Shown piece after piece: positions 10,353 through 20,428 of a DNA stretch of 64,000 nt; the stretch's first letter is position 1, and each line of letters opens with the position of its first letter. A model generated the notes under the pieces. It was given only the letters and a program-made list of their open reading frames with translations. It was not told the origin of the DNA and ran no database searches. Position numbers and translations under genes: made by a program. This stretch comes from Planctomycetota bacterium (GTDB taxonomy: Bacteria; Planctomycetota; B15-G4), in assembly GCA_029259715.1 (NCBI GenBank), contig JAJDEP010000003.1:701174-765173 (forward strand), given 5' to 3'.

Positions 10353-10664
10353 TCAGGCGTGTTCGGGAGCCGGGCGATGGAACACGTGTCCGCACTCGCA
10401 CGTCTTCTTACGGCTGTGCAGGCGCGTGCCGCAGCGCGGGCAGGTCTTGTCCCAGCGACCCATGACGGGACGCTGCGTCAGCTCTTCGATGAGCTGCGCG
10501 GCGACCGCCGACTTCTCGACACGCTTGAGCCGTTCCGACTCCGAGCGCACCTGATTGCACTGGGGATGGATGCCCGCCTGGGAATAGGAGATCTCCCCGC
10601 AGACCGGGCAGCGCTTGCGCGCCGGGGAGCCATTGCCGAGCGGAGGTGGTTTCTTGGTGCTCAC
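10353..10664 (-). CDS. hypothetical double zinc-ribbon protein (~104 aa)
   Basis: Two CxxC...CxxC/H clusters (CPVCG...HPQC and CPRCG...CECGH). Start tentatively GTG (VSTKKPPP...). The upstream part of ORF 10353..10829 looks non-coding. Confidence 0.4.
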   Translation of the reverse strand: MSTKKPPPLGNGSPARKRCPVCGEISYSQAGIHPQCNQVRSESERLKRVEKSAVAAQLIEELTQRPVMGRWDKTCPRCGTRLHSRKKTCECGHVFHRPAPEHA

Positions 10665-10969
10665 AGAGGACACTGCCCTGGACGCGGAGGAGCGGGAAAT
10701 GAGGGGACCAGAGTCGTATTGACTCTCGTTCGCCGCGGCCGTCGGCCGTTTCGCGCCGGTGGAGGATACCGCAAGACGGGCTGCGGTGACCCGTGGGAAC
10801 CGGCCGAGACGCGGATTCATGGATTTCACGACGCCGATTCAGCCCGGCGAAAGCGACACTCTCGGCCCTAGTGCGGCCGGTCCCGGTGCGACCCGCCCTC
10901 GACCCGCACGCCGCCCACCACCTGCCGCGCCCGCCCGCCGGGCCCCACCCACACGAGCCGAGCCCCCCC

Positions 10970-11170
10970 ATGTCCGCAATCCGCGAGTCCGACCAGATGT
11001 CACCGGCCAGCCAGCGGGAGGTCTTCCGCGAGCTCGTGTCCTGCCAGGATGCCGGCATGACGGTCGAGCAATCCCGGAATCAGATGGCCTCCTATTTCTC
11101 CATCACCGTGAAGGCCGTGGTGGAAGTCGAAGCCATGGGCCTCGAGAAGAAGTGGCCCCCGCTGGACTGA
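10970..11170 (+). CDS. hypothetical small acidic protein (66 aa)
   Basis: C-terminal part of ORF 10793..11170 from ATG (MSAIRESDQMSPASQREVFRELVSCQDAGMTVEQSRNQMASYFSITVKAVVEVEAMGLEKKWPPLD). Composition is coding-like and clearly differs from the Pro/Arg-rich upstream part of the ORF. Confidence 0.35.
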   Translation: MSAIRESDQMSPASQREVFRELVSCQDAGMTVEQSRNQMASYFSITVKAVVEVEAMGLEKKWPPLD

Positions 11171-11273
11171 TCCGGGCTGGAGCCTCGGCCCTCGGGCCCC
11201 GCATCCACCGGCCACCGGCCGCCTGCCCCCAGTCCGCTCGCCCCCAGTCCGCCCACCGTCTGTCCGTCCGGCC

Positions 11274-12434
11274 TCAGCCCTTCCGTCGCCGGCGCAGCAC
11301 GCGGGCCCGGAACTCACGGATCACCGGCAGCTCCTCGATCCAGGCGGCCGCGTCCGCCCGGTGCGGATCCAGGGGATGGGACAGCCCCACGAAGCCGGCC
11401 GGGATCTGACTGAGCAGCACGGCGTCGTCGGCCTCCCCCTCGGCGTCCTCGTGGTACTCGAAGCCCGGGATGAAGATGTCCTCGTCGGCCAGGACGTCGT
11501 GGACGCGCACGCCGTAGGTCGAAAGCTCCGTCGTCAACGCCTGGGGCGGATTGACCCACGCGTGGGTCGGGCTCGCGACGAACAGGTATTGGATCTCGGC
11601 GTTGCGGGAGAGGATGCGCAGCTTGCGCAGTCGGCCGCCGTAGAAGCGGCTGTGCAGTGACGACTCCTCCAGCACGCCGCCCTCGAAGTCCGGCTCGAAC
11701 CCGGCGGCGAAGCGCAGCGAGCCGGGGTCCCCCGCCCGGGTCAGGCGCGCCACCGACCGGCCCCCGTGGATGCGGTAGCCCGCCGCGGCCCGGCGACGTG
11801 GGGCCACGAAGTCGGCGTAGGGCTGGATCCGCCGCGAGGGCCCCTCGCGCAGGACGAGCTCGATGGCCTCGTCGTTGCGGCGGCGGCGCTGCGTGCGGCT
11901 GGCCGTGTCGAGGGCGGTCTGGATCTCGTAGGGGAGGTTGGTGGTCTCCTCCACCGTCGTGAGCAGCTCCTCGCCGCCGCTGCGGATCCAGCGGGTGTCG
12001 CCCTTCCCGATCCAGTATTCGTCGTGATCGTGGACGAAGTGGCTGGCCACGCGCCACACGAGGGATGAGTCCTTGTAGAAGATGCGCGGGTGGATCGCCC
12101 GGACCGGCCGCCCGTCGCCCGCGCCGAGCACGACGGAGCCGACGAAGAAGCCCAGCGCCTCGTTGAAGCAGAAGTCGCTCAGGAAGTAGAGCGTGTCGAA
12201 GAGGCGGATCTCGTGGCGCGGGAGGTAGGGCGCCGACAGCAGGACCTCGGGGTCGTGGCGGGCGCGCCCGGCCGGCAGCAGCTGCGCGCCGTCCTCCACC
12301 AGGGCCCGGAATCGGCGGCCCACCGCGGCGGGCGAGACGTCCTCGCGGACCACGCCCGTGACGATGGACGTCGCGGGCCGGCGCGCTGCCGGGCGTCGGG
12401 AGGGTCTCGGGGTTCGGCGCGGGGAGGAGGGCAT
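11274..12434 (-). CDS. hypothetical protein (386 aa), family not recognised
   Basis: Start moved to internal MPSSPRRTPRP (residue 33 of ORF 11274..12530). Long ORF with consistent GC3 bias. Conserved-looking hydrophobic/aromatic core (FDTLYFLSDFCFNEALGFFVGS...HFVHDHDEYWIGKGD). Confidence 0.55.
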   Translation of the reverse strand: MPSSPRRTPRPSRRPAARRPATSIVTGVVREDVSPAAVGRRFRALVEDGAQLLPAGRARHDPEVLLSAPYLPRHEIRLFDTLYFLSDFCFNEALGFFVGSVVLGAGDGRPVRAIHPRIFYKDSSLVWRVASHFVHDHDEYWIGKGDTRWIRSGGEELLTTVEETTNLPYEIQTALDTASRTQRRRRNDEAIELVLREGPSRRIQPYADFVAPRRRAAAGYRIHGGRSVARLTRAGDPGSLRFAAGFEPDFEGGVLEESSLHSRFYGGRLRKLRILSRNAEIQYLFVASPTHAWVNPPQALTTELSTYGVRVHDVLADEDIFIPGFEYHEDAEGEADDAVLLSQIPAGFVGLSHPLDPHRADAAAWIEELPVIREFRARVLRRRRKG

Positions 12435-12586
12435 GGAGCGCCCTACCTTGTCGCCGGGCGTTCGTGGCGACAAGGCCCAAGGGTGCGCCCCCGGCCGAGG
12501 GGCGCCGGCGCTGCACGCGACCCGCAGCATCCCCTATACTTCCCGGGACTCTGAACAGCGTCGGTCGCGACGACCGGCGCAGCAGC

Positions 12587-13591
12587 GTGGAGGCGGTCGA
12601 GGTGGCTTCATCCGATGATGACCTGGGCGCGGTCTCGGCCCACAACGCCGCGCGCGACATCAAGAAGGCCAAGCGCCAGCGCCCCGTCTACGGACAGGGC
12701 GAGGACAAGGAGCGCACCGCCGACGCCACCTGGTACCGCGGCAAGCACACCAATTTCATCGCCTCCCAGGCGAACCTGGAGGAGCCCAATGCCCTCGAGG
12801 ACTACGTGCTCAAGGGCTGGCTGCCCGAGCGGCCCTTCATCAGCCGCGCCGACACCATCACCGCCTTCGGCAGCTGCTTCGCCAGCTACCTGACCAAGTA
12901 CCTGCGCGAGCTGCGCTACTCCATCGGCGGCGACGACGGCGGCGACACCCACGTCCTGACCCACGGCGCCGGCATGGTCAACACCTACGCCCTGCGCCAG
13001 CAGCTCGAGTGGGCCTACGACGAAGCCGAGTTCACCGAGGACCTCTGGCACGACCGCTTCGGCCGCAAGGCCAAGCGCTCGGACAAGATCAAGGAGAACA
13101 CGCGGGCCGTGTTCGACCGGTCGGACGTGTTCATCTTCACGCTCGGCCTCTCCGAGGTCTGGTACAGCAAGGTCACCGGCAACGTGTTCTGGCGCACGAT
13201 CCCCAGCACCGAGTTCGACGACGAGAAGCACGGCTTCCGTGTCACCACGGTCGAGGAGAACTGCCACAACCTCGAGCGCATCTACAGCATCATCCGCAAG
13301 CACCGGCCGGACGCGGCGATCGTGTTCACCATCTCGCCGGTGCCCCTCGTCGCGACCTTCCGGCCCGTGTCGTGCATCACCGCGAACTCGGTCTCCAAGG
13401 CGATCCTGCGCGTGTCCGTCGACGAGACCATGCGCAAGCACGAGTCCGACCCCAAGCTCTTCTACTGGCCGTCCTACGAGATCGTGAAGGACTACATCCG
13501 CGAGCCGTACAAGCCCGACAACCGGCACATCAAGCCCGAGGTGGTCGCGCGGATCATGGAAGAGTTCTCGAAGTACTACCTGTCGGACTGA
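12587..13591 (+). CDS. GSCFA-family protein
   Basis: Contains the eponymous motif (ITAFGSCFASYL), as in the GSCFA domain family (PF08885). Start uncertain: ATG 12464 gives an Arg/Pro-rich N-terminus that looks non-coding, so in-frame GTG 12587 is preferred. Confidence 0.75.
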   Translation: MEAVEVASSDDDLGAVSAHNAARDIKKAKRQRPVYGQGEDKERTADATWYRGKHTNFIASQANLEEPNALEDYVLKGWLPERPFISRADTITAFGSCFASYLTKYLRELRYSIGGDDGGDTHVLTHGAGMVNTYALRQQLEWAYDEAEFTEDLWHDRFGRKAKRSDKIKENTRAVFDRSDVFIFTLGLSEVWYSKVTGNVFWRTIPSTEFDDEKHGFRVTTVEENCHNLERIYSIIRKHRPDAAIVFTISPVPLVATFRPVSCITANSVSKAILRVSVDETMRKHESDPKLFYWPSYEIVKDYIREPYKPDNRHIKPEVVARIMEEFSKYYLSD

Positions 13592-13839
13592 GCCGCTGCG
13601 GCGGGTGATTCCGATGCGGCGGTCCGCCCCGTCTCGCCGGACGATTCCGTCCGGGCGCCCCGCCCCGGCGGCAATGCGGCTGAGAGCGCCCTGAAAACCC
13701 GCTCCCGCGGAGTTGCCGCGGCCCCGTGAGGGCCGCGTGAGCCGGCACGAGCCCCGGCGTTCGCATGAAGCCTCAATGCTCCTCCCACCAGAGGACGAAG
13801 AGGGTCAGACGCACGACCAGGACTCCGGGCAACCCCTCC

Positions 13840-16044
13840 ATGACCTCCTCACACAGGATGCGCTCCGCGCTCATCACCGCCGCGTTGCTCGGCGCCGGGC
13901 TCGCCGGTCCGGGCTTCCTCGACGCGCCGCTCACCGCCCAACAGGCCCCGCCGGTTCAACCGGCCCGCGGGCCCACTGCGATGCGCGCGCTCCGCGCCGG
14001 CGAGCTGTCGGCCCTGCAACTCTGGACCGGCTCGGCCCAGCGCCTGCAGGTGCCCGAGCGCGCCGACGGCCGCGTCGAGGTCGCCCTGCGCATCCAGGGC
14101 ACGGACGAGATCCTGCGGCTGCGGCCGCACTCGGTGCGGGCGCCGGACATGGTCGTGCGCGTCCAGGACGCGGCGGGCTCCTGGCGCGTGCACACCCCCC
14201 CGCCCGTCGCGACGGTGCGCGGTGAGATCGTGGGCCGGCCCGGCAGCCGGGTGACCGGCACGCTCAGCGGCGGCCGCCTCACGGCCCTCGTGCAACGCGA
14301 CGCCGAGGCGCCCTTCTGGGCGGTGCAGCCCCTCCCCGACGCAGCCGACTCCGGCGAGCACGCCGTGTACGCCGCCGATGACGTGGTCGACGTCGGCGCC
14401 GCGTGCCAGGCCCTCCCCGCGCCCTTCTCGCAGCCCCCGCCCGTCACCGTCGCCACCGAGGCCTCCGCGTCCCGGGTGTGCGAGATCGCCATCGACACCG
14501 ACGCCGAGTACTTCGCGCTCAACGGCAGCTCCGTCGAGGCCACCGTGTCCGACGTCGAGGACATCATCAACGGGATGGAGGCCCTCTACCTCGCCGGCGC
14601 GGGCATCAGCTACAGCCTCACCGAGGTGGTGGTGCGCACCGATGCGGCCGACCCCTACGACAGCACCGACTCGCTGGCCCAGCTGATCGAGCTGCGCCAG
14701 GAGTGGAACGCGCACCACGGCGACGCCGAGCGGGACATCGCGCACCTGTTCACGGGCAAGGAGCTCGACGGGTCCATCATCGGCCGCGCCTACATCGGCG
14801 TGATGTGCAGCTCCGACTCCGGCTACGGCATCTCCCAGTCGCGCTTCAGCGCCAACTTCTCGGCGCGGGTGGCCCTCACCGCCCATGAGGTGGGCCACAA
14901 CTGGAATGCGCCCCACTGCAACGGCGAGTTCGACTGCAACGTCATGTGCTCGGGCCTGGGTGGCTGTGCGGGCGACCTCTCCCGCTTCGGGACCACCGCC
15001 TCCCTCGCCATCGCGGCGGCCAGGTCGGCCGCCCCGTGCCTGTCCGAGGGCGCGATTCCCGAAGGCCCCGCCATCGACACCATCACCCCCGCCTTCGGGC
15101 CGGCCTGCGGCGATCGGCTGGTCGTGCTGAGCGGTGGCCCTTTCGTCGACGACCCCGCCACCACGGTGAGGTTCGACGGGGCCCCGGCCGAGATCCTCTC
15201 CATCACCGACGACACGCTCACCCTGATCACCCCCGAGGGCGTGGGCGGCCGGAGGGTCGACGTGATCGTCGACGGGCCCACCGGCACGACGCTGCTGGCC
15301 GACGTGTACACGTTCGAATGGCACATCAACCCCGGGGACCAGGGCCAGGCCGCCATCGGCGTCGACGACATCGACCGGGCCTACTTCGCGGGCACCGCCG
15401 GCACCGAGTTGCGGGCGGAGGTGCGCCGCAAGGGCAAGTCGAACGAGCCGCGCATCGTGCCCGGACTGCGCCTGCGAGGGCCGAATGGAAGCGTGTTGAT
15501 CACCGTGGAGGACGACCCGCTCAAGCCCAAGCACCGGGCCCGCTTCACCAAGCTGGTGCTGCCCACGACCGGCACCTACACCCTCGAGATCTACGGGGTC
15601 GACGGGTCCATCGGCGGCTATCGACTCACCACGCGGGCCCGGCTGTTCCGCCGGCTCAAGCAGAGCGTGGGCATCGGCCCCTCGACGCCCGTGGCCACGG
15701 TGAGCTTCGGCGCCCTGCCCGACACCACCCTGCGGAGCCTGCAGTTCAAGGCCCGCAAGGCCAAGGGCGACTTCGCCACCATCGAGGGGCTGCCGGCGGC
15801 GCTGTTGCCCCGGCTCGCGGGCGTCTGGGGGCCCGACGGCCCCGTCGATTTCGTCGGCTTCATGACGGTGAACAGCAAGGCTGACCAGGTGCGGCTCAAG
15901 AACGTTCCGCTCGACGGGTTCGGCGACTACGAGCTGATCCTCGGCTCGGAGGCGGCGTCCGTCGGCTACGGCGAAGTCCGCCTCTCGCTGAAACCGCCCA
16001 AGCTCAAGCGCGTCAAGCACACCGCCGAGCCCGAAGCGGACTAG
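13840..16044 (+). CDS. secreted metzincin zinc metalloprotease (reprolysin/M12B-like) with IPT/TIG and C-terminal beta-sandwich domains
   Basis: Signal peptide (MTSSHRMRSALITAALLGAGLAGP). Zinc-binding HExxHxxGxxH motif in HEVGHNWNAPHC. IPT/TIG-like segment (ITPAFGPACGDRLVVLSGGPF...VRFDGAPAEILSITDDTLTLITPEG). PPC-like C-terminus. Confidence 0.85.
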   Translation: MTSSHRMRSALITAALLGAGLAGPGFLDAPLTAQQAPPVQPARGPTAMRALRAGELSALQLWTGSAQRLQVPERADGRVEVALRIQGTDEILRLRPHSVRAPDMVVRVQDAAGSWRVHTPPPVATVRGEIVGRPGSRVTGTLSGGRLTALVQRDAEAPFWAVQPLPDAADSGEHAVYAADDVVDVGAACQALPAPFSQPPPVTVATEASASRVCEIAIDTDAEYFALNGSSVEATVSDVEDIINGMEALYLAGAGISYSLTEVVVRTDAADPYDSTDSLAQLIELRQEWNAHHGDAERDIAHLFTGKELDGSIIGRAYIGVMCSSDSGYGISQSRFSANFSARVALTAHEVGHNWNAPHCNGEFDCNVMCSGLGGCAGDLSRFGTTASLAIAAARSAAPCLSEGAIPEGPAIDTITPAFGPACGDRLVVLSGGPFVDDPATTVRFDGAPAEILSITDDTLTLITPEGVGGRRVDVIVDGPTGTTLLADVYTFEWHINPGDQGQAAIGVDDIDRAYFAGTAGTELRAEVRRKGKSNEPRIVPGLRLRGPNGSVLITVEDDPLKPKHRARFTKLVLPTTGTYTLEIYGVDGSIGGYRLTTRARLFRRLKQSVGIGPSTPVATVSFGALPDTTLRSLQFKARKAKGDFATIEGLPAALLPRLAGVWGPDGPVDFVGFMTVNSKADQVRLKNVPLDGFGDYELILGSEAASVGYGEVRLSLKPPKLKRVKHTAEPEAD

Positions 16045-16047
16045 GGC

Positions 16048-18042
16048 CTAGCGCTTGCCGCCTCGCCCCGGCCGTGCGCCCCGGCGCCCCGGTCGGTAGC
16101 CCACCGTCGACGCCGTGCCCGCGTCCCGCGCGTGGACCGGCGCGGCGTCCTCCCCGGCGGCGCGGCGACGCGCCTCGATGGCCTCGGGCGGCGCGGTGGC
16201 GGGGATCAGGCACTTCGGCCCACTCCCGATGAGGTCGTTGCGGCCGCGCTCGGAGAGGGCCTTGCGCACGGCGAACCAGTTCTCCGGCAGGAAGAATTGC
16301 AACAGCGCGCGCTGCACCTTTCGGTCACGCAGCCTGTTCGCTGTCTTCACGGGCTTGCGCGTGAACGGGTCGAGGCCCGTGTGGAACATGCACGTGGCGA
16401 TGTCCATGGGCGCCGGGATGAAGTCCTGCACCTGGCGCGGACGGTAGCCGCGAGCCTTCAGGAACAGCGCCAGCTCGATCATCTCGTCCACCGTCGAGCC
16501 CGGGTGGCTGGCGATGAAGTACGGCACGAGGTACTGCTCCTTCTCCGCGCGCTGGGAAGCCTTGGCGAAGTTCTGCTCGAAGGCTTCGAACGACGCCTGG
16601 TCGGGCTTCTTCATGGCCGTGAGCACGGTGTCGCTGGTGTGCTCGGGCGCCACCTTGAGATGCCCGCCGACATGGTGCTGCGCCAGCGCATCGATGTACG
16701 CGGTGGAGCGATTGGCCAGGTCCATGCGGATCCCGGACGCCACGTGCACGCGCTTGATGCCCGGCTTTTCGCGGGCCGCCGCGAGCAGGTCGATGGTCGG
16801 CTTGTGGTCGGTGCCCAGCAGCGGGCAGATCTTGGGGTGGATGCAGCTCAAGCGCCGGCAGATCGCCTCGACGTCCGGCTTCGTGCAGCGCATCTTGTAC
16901 ATGTTGGCGGTGGGCCCGCCGATGTCGGAGATGGTGCCCTTGAACTCGGGGTCCGCCGCGATGCGGTCGACCTCCGCCAGGATCGAGCGCTCGCTGCGGC
17001 TCTGGATGGTGCGGCCCTGGTGCATGGTGATGCTGCAGAAGGTGCAGCCCCCGAAGCAGCCGCGCATGATCGTCACCGAGTCGCGGATCATGCGGTCGGC
17101 CGGGATCGGCTGGGTGTAGCGCGGGTGCGGACGCCGGGCGTAGGGCAGGTCGTAGGCCGCGTCCATCTCGGCTTCGCTCAAGGGCAGCGTGGGAGGGTTC
17201 TGCACGAGCACCCGGTCGCCGTGACCCTGGGTCATGCGGCGCGCGTTGAGCGGGTTGGTCTCGTGGTGGTGCAGCGCCGTCATGCGGGCGAAGGCGATCT
17301 TGTCGGCCGTGGCCTCCTCGTGCGACGGCAACTCGATGGTCGCGGCTTCGTTGCCGTTGGCAGCCGCGGGAGCCGCGGCGGCATCGCCGGGATCGATGTC
17401 GAAGCGGTGCTCGGGCAGCGCCTCGGTGCGGCCCAGCAGGTAGGCCACGCCGCGCATGTCGCGCAGCGACGCCACCGGCTCGCCCGCGTCCAGCCGCCGC
17501 GCGATCTCCAGGATCGGCATCTCGCCCATGCCGTACACGAGCAGGTCGGCCTTGCTGGAGACGAGCATGGACGGCCGCACCGTCTCGCTCCAGTAGTCGT
17601 AGTGCGCGATGCGTCGCAGCGAGGCCTCGACGCCCCCGATCACCACCGGCACGCCGCGGAAGGCCTCGCGGCAGCGCTGGGCGTAGATCGGTGTCGGGCG
17701 GTCCGGCCGCAGCCCGATGCGTCCCCCCGGCGAATAGGCGTCGTCGTTGCGACGCTTCCTGTTCGCCGTGTAGTGGTTGATCATCGAGTCCATGTTGCCG
17801 GCGCTGACGCCGTAGAACAGACGCGGCGCGCCGAGCGCGCGCCAGGCGTCGGCGGACTTCCAATCCGGCTGGGGCAGGATCGCCACCCGGTAGCCCGCGT
17901 GCTCCAGCAGGCGGCCGAGGATCGCCGCCGCGAACGACGGGTGATCGATGTACGCATCGCCGCTGACGAGGATCACATCGGCCTGGTCCCAGCCGAGGGC
18001 GTCCATCTCGCGGCGCGTCGTCGGCAGGAACTCGGAGGACAT
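16048..18042 (-). CDS. ygiQ: YgiQ-family radical SAM protein (UPF0313)
   Basis: Start at [37 protein letters not shown], the characteristic YgiQ N-terminus. Radical SAM CxxxCxxC ([13 protein letters not shown]). ~664 aa, typical for the family. Confidence 0.9.
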   Translation of the reverse strand: MSSEFLPTTRREMDALGWDQADVILVSGDAYIDHPSFAAAILGRLLEHAGYRVAILPQPDWKSADAWRALGAPRLFYGVSAGNMDSMINHYTANRKRRNDDAYSPGGRIGLRPDRPTPIYAQRCREAFRGVPVVIGGVEASLRRIAHYDYWSETVRPSMLVSSKADLLVYGMGEMPILEIARRLDAGEPVASLRDMRGVAYLLGRTEALPEHRFDIDPGDAAAAPAAANGNEAATIELPSHEEATADKIAFARMTALHHHETNPLNARRMTQGHGDRVLVQNPPTLPLSEAEMDAAYDLPYARRPHPRYTQPIPADRMIRDSVTIMRGCFGGCTFCSITMHQGRTIQSRSERSILAEVDRIAADPEFKGTISDIGGPTANMYKMRCTKPDVEAICRRLSCIHPKICPLLGTDHKPTIDLLAAAREKPGIKRVHVASGIRMDLANRSTAYIDALAQHHVGGHLKVAPEHTSDTVLTAMKKPDQASFEAFEQNFAKASQRAEKEQYLVPYFIASHPGSTVDEMIELALFLKARGYRPRQVQDFIPAPMDIATCMFHTGLDPFTRKPVKTANRLRDRKVQRALLQFFLPENWFAVRKALSERGRNDLIGSGPKCLIPATAPPEAIEARRRAAGEDAAPVHARDAGTASTVGYRPGRRGARPGRGGKR

Positions 18043-18122
18043 GCGGGCCAGCTTAGAGCAATGGACCCACGCCGTCGCGGCAGCGGCGCACAAGCACCCT
18101 GCAGCTCACGTGTCCGCGTCGG

Positions 18123-20267
18123 TCACTGCGCGCCCCGTGGCTCCACCCGCAGCCAATCCAGGTTGAAGGCGATGGGCTGCTCCTCGTTCGGGTGCAGGTG
18201 GGCCCGGTCCGCGCGAAAGGTGATCGTGGAGATGGACTCTCCCGCCACCCCGGCGGGGACGACGAGTTCGGGTTCGGTCGTCCCGACGCGCTTGACCACC
18301 CACTCACCGACGGACGTCCCGTCGACGTCGACCCGGATCGTGAGCGGGACCACCTCCCGCCGCACGGAGATCCGCGCCTGCAGGTCGAAAGCCCCGTCGA
18401 AGGGCACGTCGAGGAACAAGGACGCCTCGGGCATGGTCGCGCGCCGGTAGGTCGTGCCGTCCGGGCGGCGGCGCGGCGTGCTCCAGCCATGCAGGGACTC
18501 GTGCCGTCCGCCCTGCTCGGAACCCACGTCGATCTCCTCGGCGCGCAAGTCGACCCCCGGGGCGTAGATCGCCTGCTCGAAGCTCCACGAGTCCGACGCG
18601 AGGCCCGGGCCGGACACGGTGTACTCCTCGATGTGCGTCTGCCAATCGTCGCCGGTGCGGTCGCGCAGCACGTAGGCGCCGTAGGCCCGTTCGCGCGACG
18701 CATCCTCCGGCAACTGCGCCAGGTCGCGACCGTGGAAGCGCTCGGGCAACCCCGCGGCCGCCGCGATGGTGGGCGCGATGTCACCGATCCAGGCCGGCGC
18801 GTGCGACGTGCGCAGGGGGCCGACACCGTCGGGCCACTTCACCGCGAGCAGCGGCCGCGCCCGGGCCACCAACTTCTTCGACAGCAGATGGGTCTTCCCG
18901 CCCGCGACGCCGAAGTGCCCCCCGTGGTCGGCGGCGAGCACGATCAGGCTGTTGTCGTAGATCCCGCTCGCCTTCAACTGATCGAAGAACTCGGCGGTCC
19001 TCGTGACGGCGCAGCGCACCTGGTCGAGGTAGCTGGGTTCGTCGTAGGGCCGCTGCGGCACGACGTTGCACTGGTCGTCGAGCACCATGGGCGTGTGGCC
19101 ACCGTTCAGGTGCAGGATCTTGAAGGTGGCCGAACCGCGGTCGAGGCGCAGGCCCCCGCCGTATTCTGCCAGGAAGCGCGCCGAGGCCGCCGGCACGAGC
19201 AGATCCGCGCTCGTCGTCGCCACCAGCGGCTGCACCGTCCAGGCGCCTTCGCTGTACAGCACCTCCTTCAGTGTGTGGGGCGCATGCCGGAACAGCGAGA
19301 GGTCCAGCAGTTCTGCGGCCATGCGGCGCCGATACGCAGCCGCTGACTCGGTCGTCTTGGGGATGGCGTAGGCCGTCGTGTAGACGCCCTGGCTCAGATG
19401 GAAGACATCCAGGCCGATCCAGTCCACCGCGACGCCGACGTCCATCAGGCGCCGCGCGATGGTGTCGCCTTCGAGCATGGCCTTGGCGCGATAGCCGGGC
19501 ACGGAGCGCTCGTTGCGGAAGGGCGGGATCCCCAGCATGACCGGCAGGCTGAAGGCCGTCGTGGGGAAGGCGCCGAGGGCATCGGCATAGAAGGTGAACC
19601 CGGAGAACGAGGTCTGACCCCATTCCGGCTGCTCGGCCACGACGCGCGCGAAGGCGTCGCTGGTGGTGGCGTCGAGGATCACGAGCAGGAAGTTGCGCTC
19701 GTCCGAGAAGGAGTGGATCTCGTCCACGGGGCTGAGCGAGCGGAATTCGTTCCCGATGGGCACCGAGTCCCCGCCGCTCGCGCTCACGAAGGGCAGCGAC
19801 ACCAGACCCAGGGCGAGGAACAGGCCCGACAGGAAGGCGATGCGAGGCAGCAGGAAGCGGTGCAGTCCCTGCCCCACCAGCACCACCAGCACCCAGAGCG
19901 CCAGCTCCCCCGTGGCCCGACCGGACCGCCCCTCGATGGCCAGGGCCTGCCCGTCGATGAGCCCGTAGTCGGCCACGAACATGTTGGCCTGCATCCAGCC
20001 CATGCAGGCCAGCGAGAACACGAGCGTCACGAAGCGTTCGCCGAGCACACGCGGCAGCACCCGGGCGACGAGCGTCAGCACCAGGGTCACGGCGACCACC
20101 AATCCCAGGAGCAGCGGGACGATGCGGCCGAACGTCTCGAGGTACTCGAAGACGTTGAAGGCGTAGAGGGTGAACGGGCCGACGAGCAAGGCGTCGGTCG
20201 CCAGGAGCCCGCTGGCGAGGAGCGCCGCGCCCGTCAAGGGCCGCTCGGCAGTCCCGGAATTCGCCAT
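18123..20267 (-). CDS. membrane-anchored sulfatase-fold hydrolase/transferase (LTA-synthase / phosphoglycerol-transferase-like)
   Basis: About 5 N-terminal TM helices followed by an alkaline-phosphatase-superfamily domain (NFLLVILDATTSDAF...ILHLNGGHTPMV...VLAADHGGHFG). No CxPxR motif. Confidence 0.78.
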   Translation of the reverse strand: MANSGTAERPLTGAALLASGLLATDALLVGPFTLYAFNVFEYLETFGRIVPLLLGLVVAVTLVLTLVARVLPRVLGERFVTLVFSLACMGWMQANMFVADYGLIDGQALAIEGRSGRATGELALWVLVVLVGQGLHRFLLPRIAFLSGLFLALGLVSLPFVSASGGDSVPIGNEFRSLSPVDEIHSFSDERNFLLVILDATTSDAFARVVAEQPEWGQTSFSGFTFYADALGAFPTTAFSLPVMLGIPPFRNERSVPGYRAKAMLEGDTIARRLMDVGVAVDWIGLDVFHLSQGVYTTAYAIPKTTESAAAYRRRMAAELLDLSLFRHAPHTLKEVLYSEGAWTVQPLVATTSADLLVPAASARFLAEYGGGLRLDRGSATFKILHLNGGHTPMVLDDQCNVVPQRPYDEPSYLDQVRCAVTRTAEFFDQLKASGIYDNSLIVLAADHGGHFGVAGGKTHLLSKKLVARARPLLAVKWPDGVGPLRTSHAPAWIGDIAPTIAAAAGLPERFHGRDLAQLPEDASRERAYGAYVLRDRTGDDWQTHIEEYTVSGPGLASDSWSFEQAIYAPGVDLRAEEIDVGSEQGGRHESLHGWSTPRRRPDGTTYRRATMPEASLFLDVPFDGAFDLQARISVRREVVPLTIRVDVDGTSVGEWVVKRVGTTEPELVVPAGVAGESISTITFRADRAHLHPNEEQPIAFNLDWLRVEPRGAQ

Positions 20268-20428
20268 GTCATCCCCCTCGCGGCGCGCTCCCCCCGCGAT
20301 GCTCCCGTGGGCCGCGGTCGATGGCCGCGCAGTCTACCGGAAGCCTCCGGCTCCCCGGTCGCCGCGATCCCGGCTAACATGGCGGCGGAGGAGTCTCCGG
20401 CCGGGCAGCCGCAGACCACCGCACCCGG

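Noticed and set aside
13849-16020. 723-aa minus-strand ORF opposite the metzincin protease
   Set aside because: Composition is antisense-like (Arg/Gly/Ala runs). The plus strand has HExxHxxGxxH and IPT/TIG motifs.
16132-18450. 772-aa plus-strand ORF opposite ygiQ
   Set aside because: Antisense artefact. ygiQ on the minus strand has a radical-SAM CxxxCxxC and the family N-terminus.
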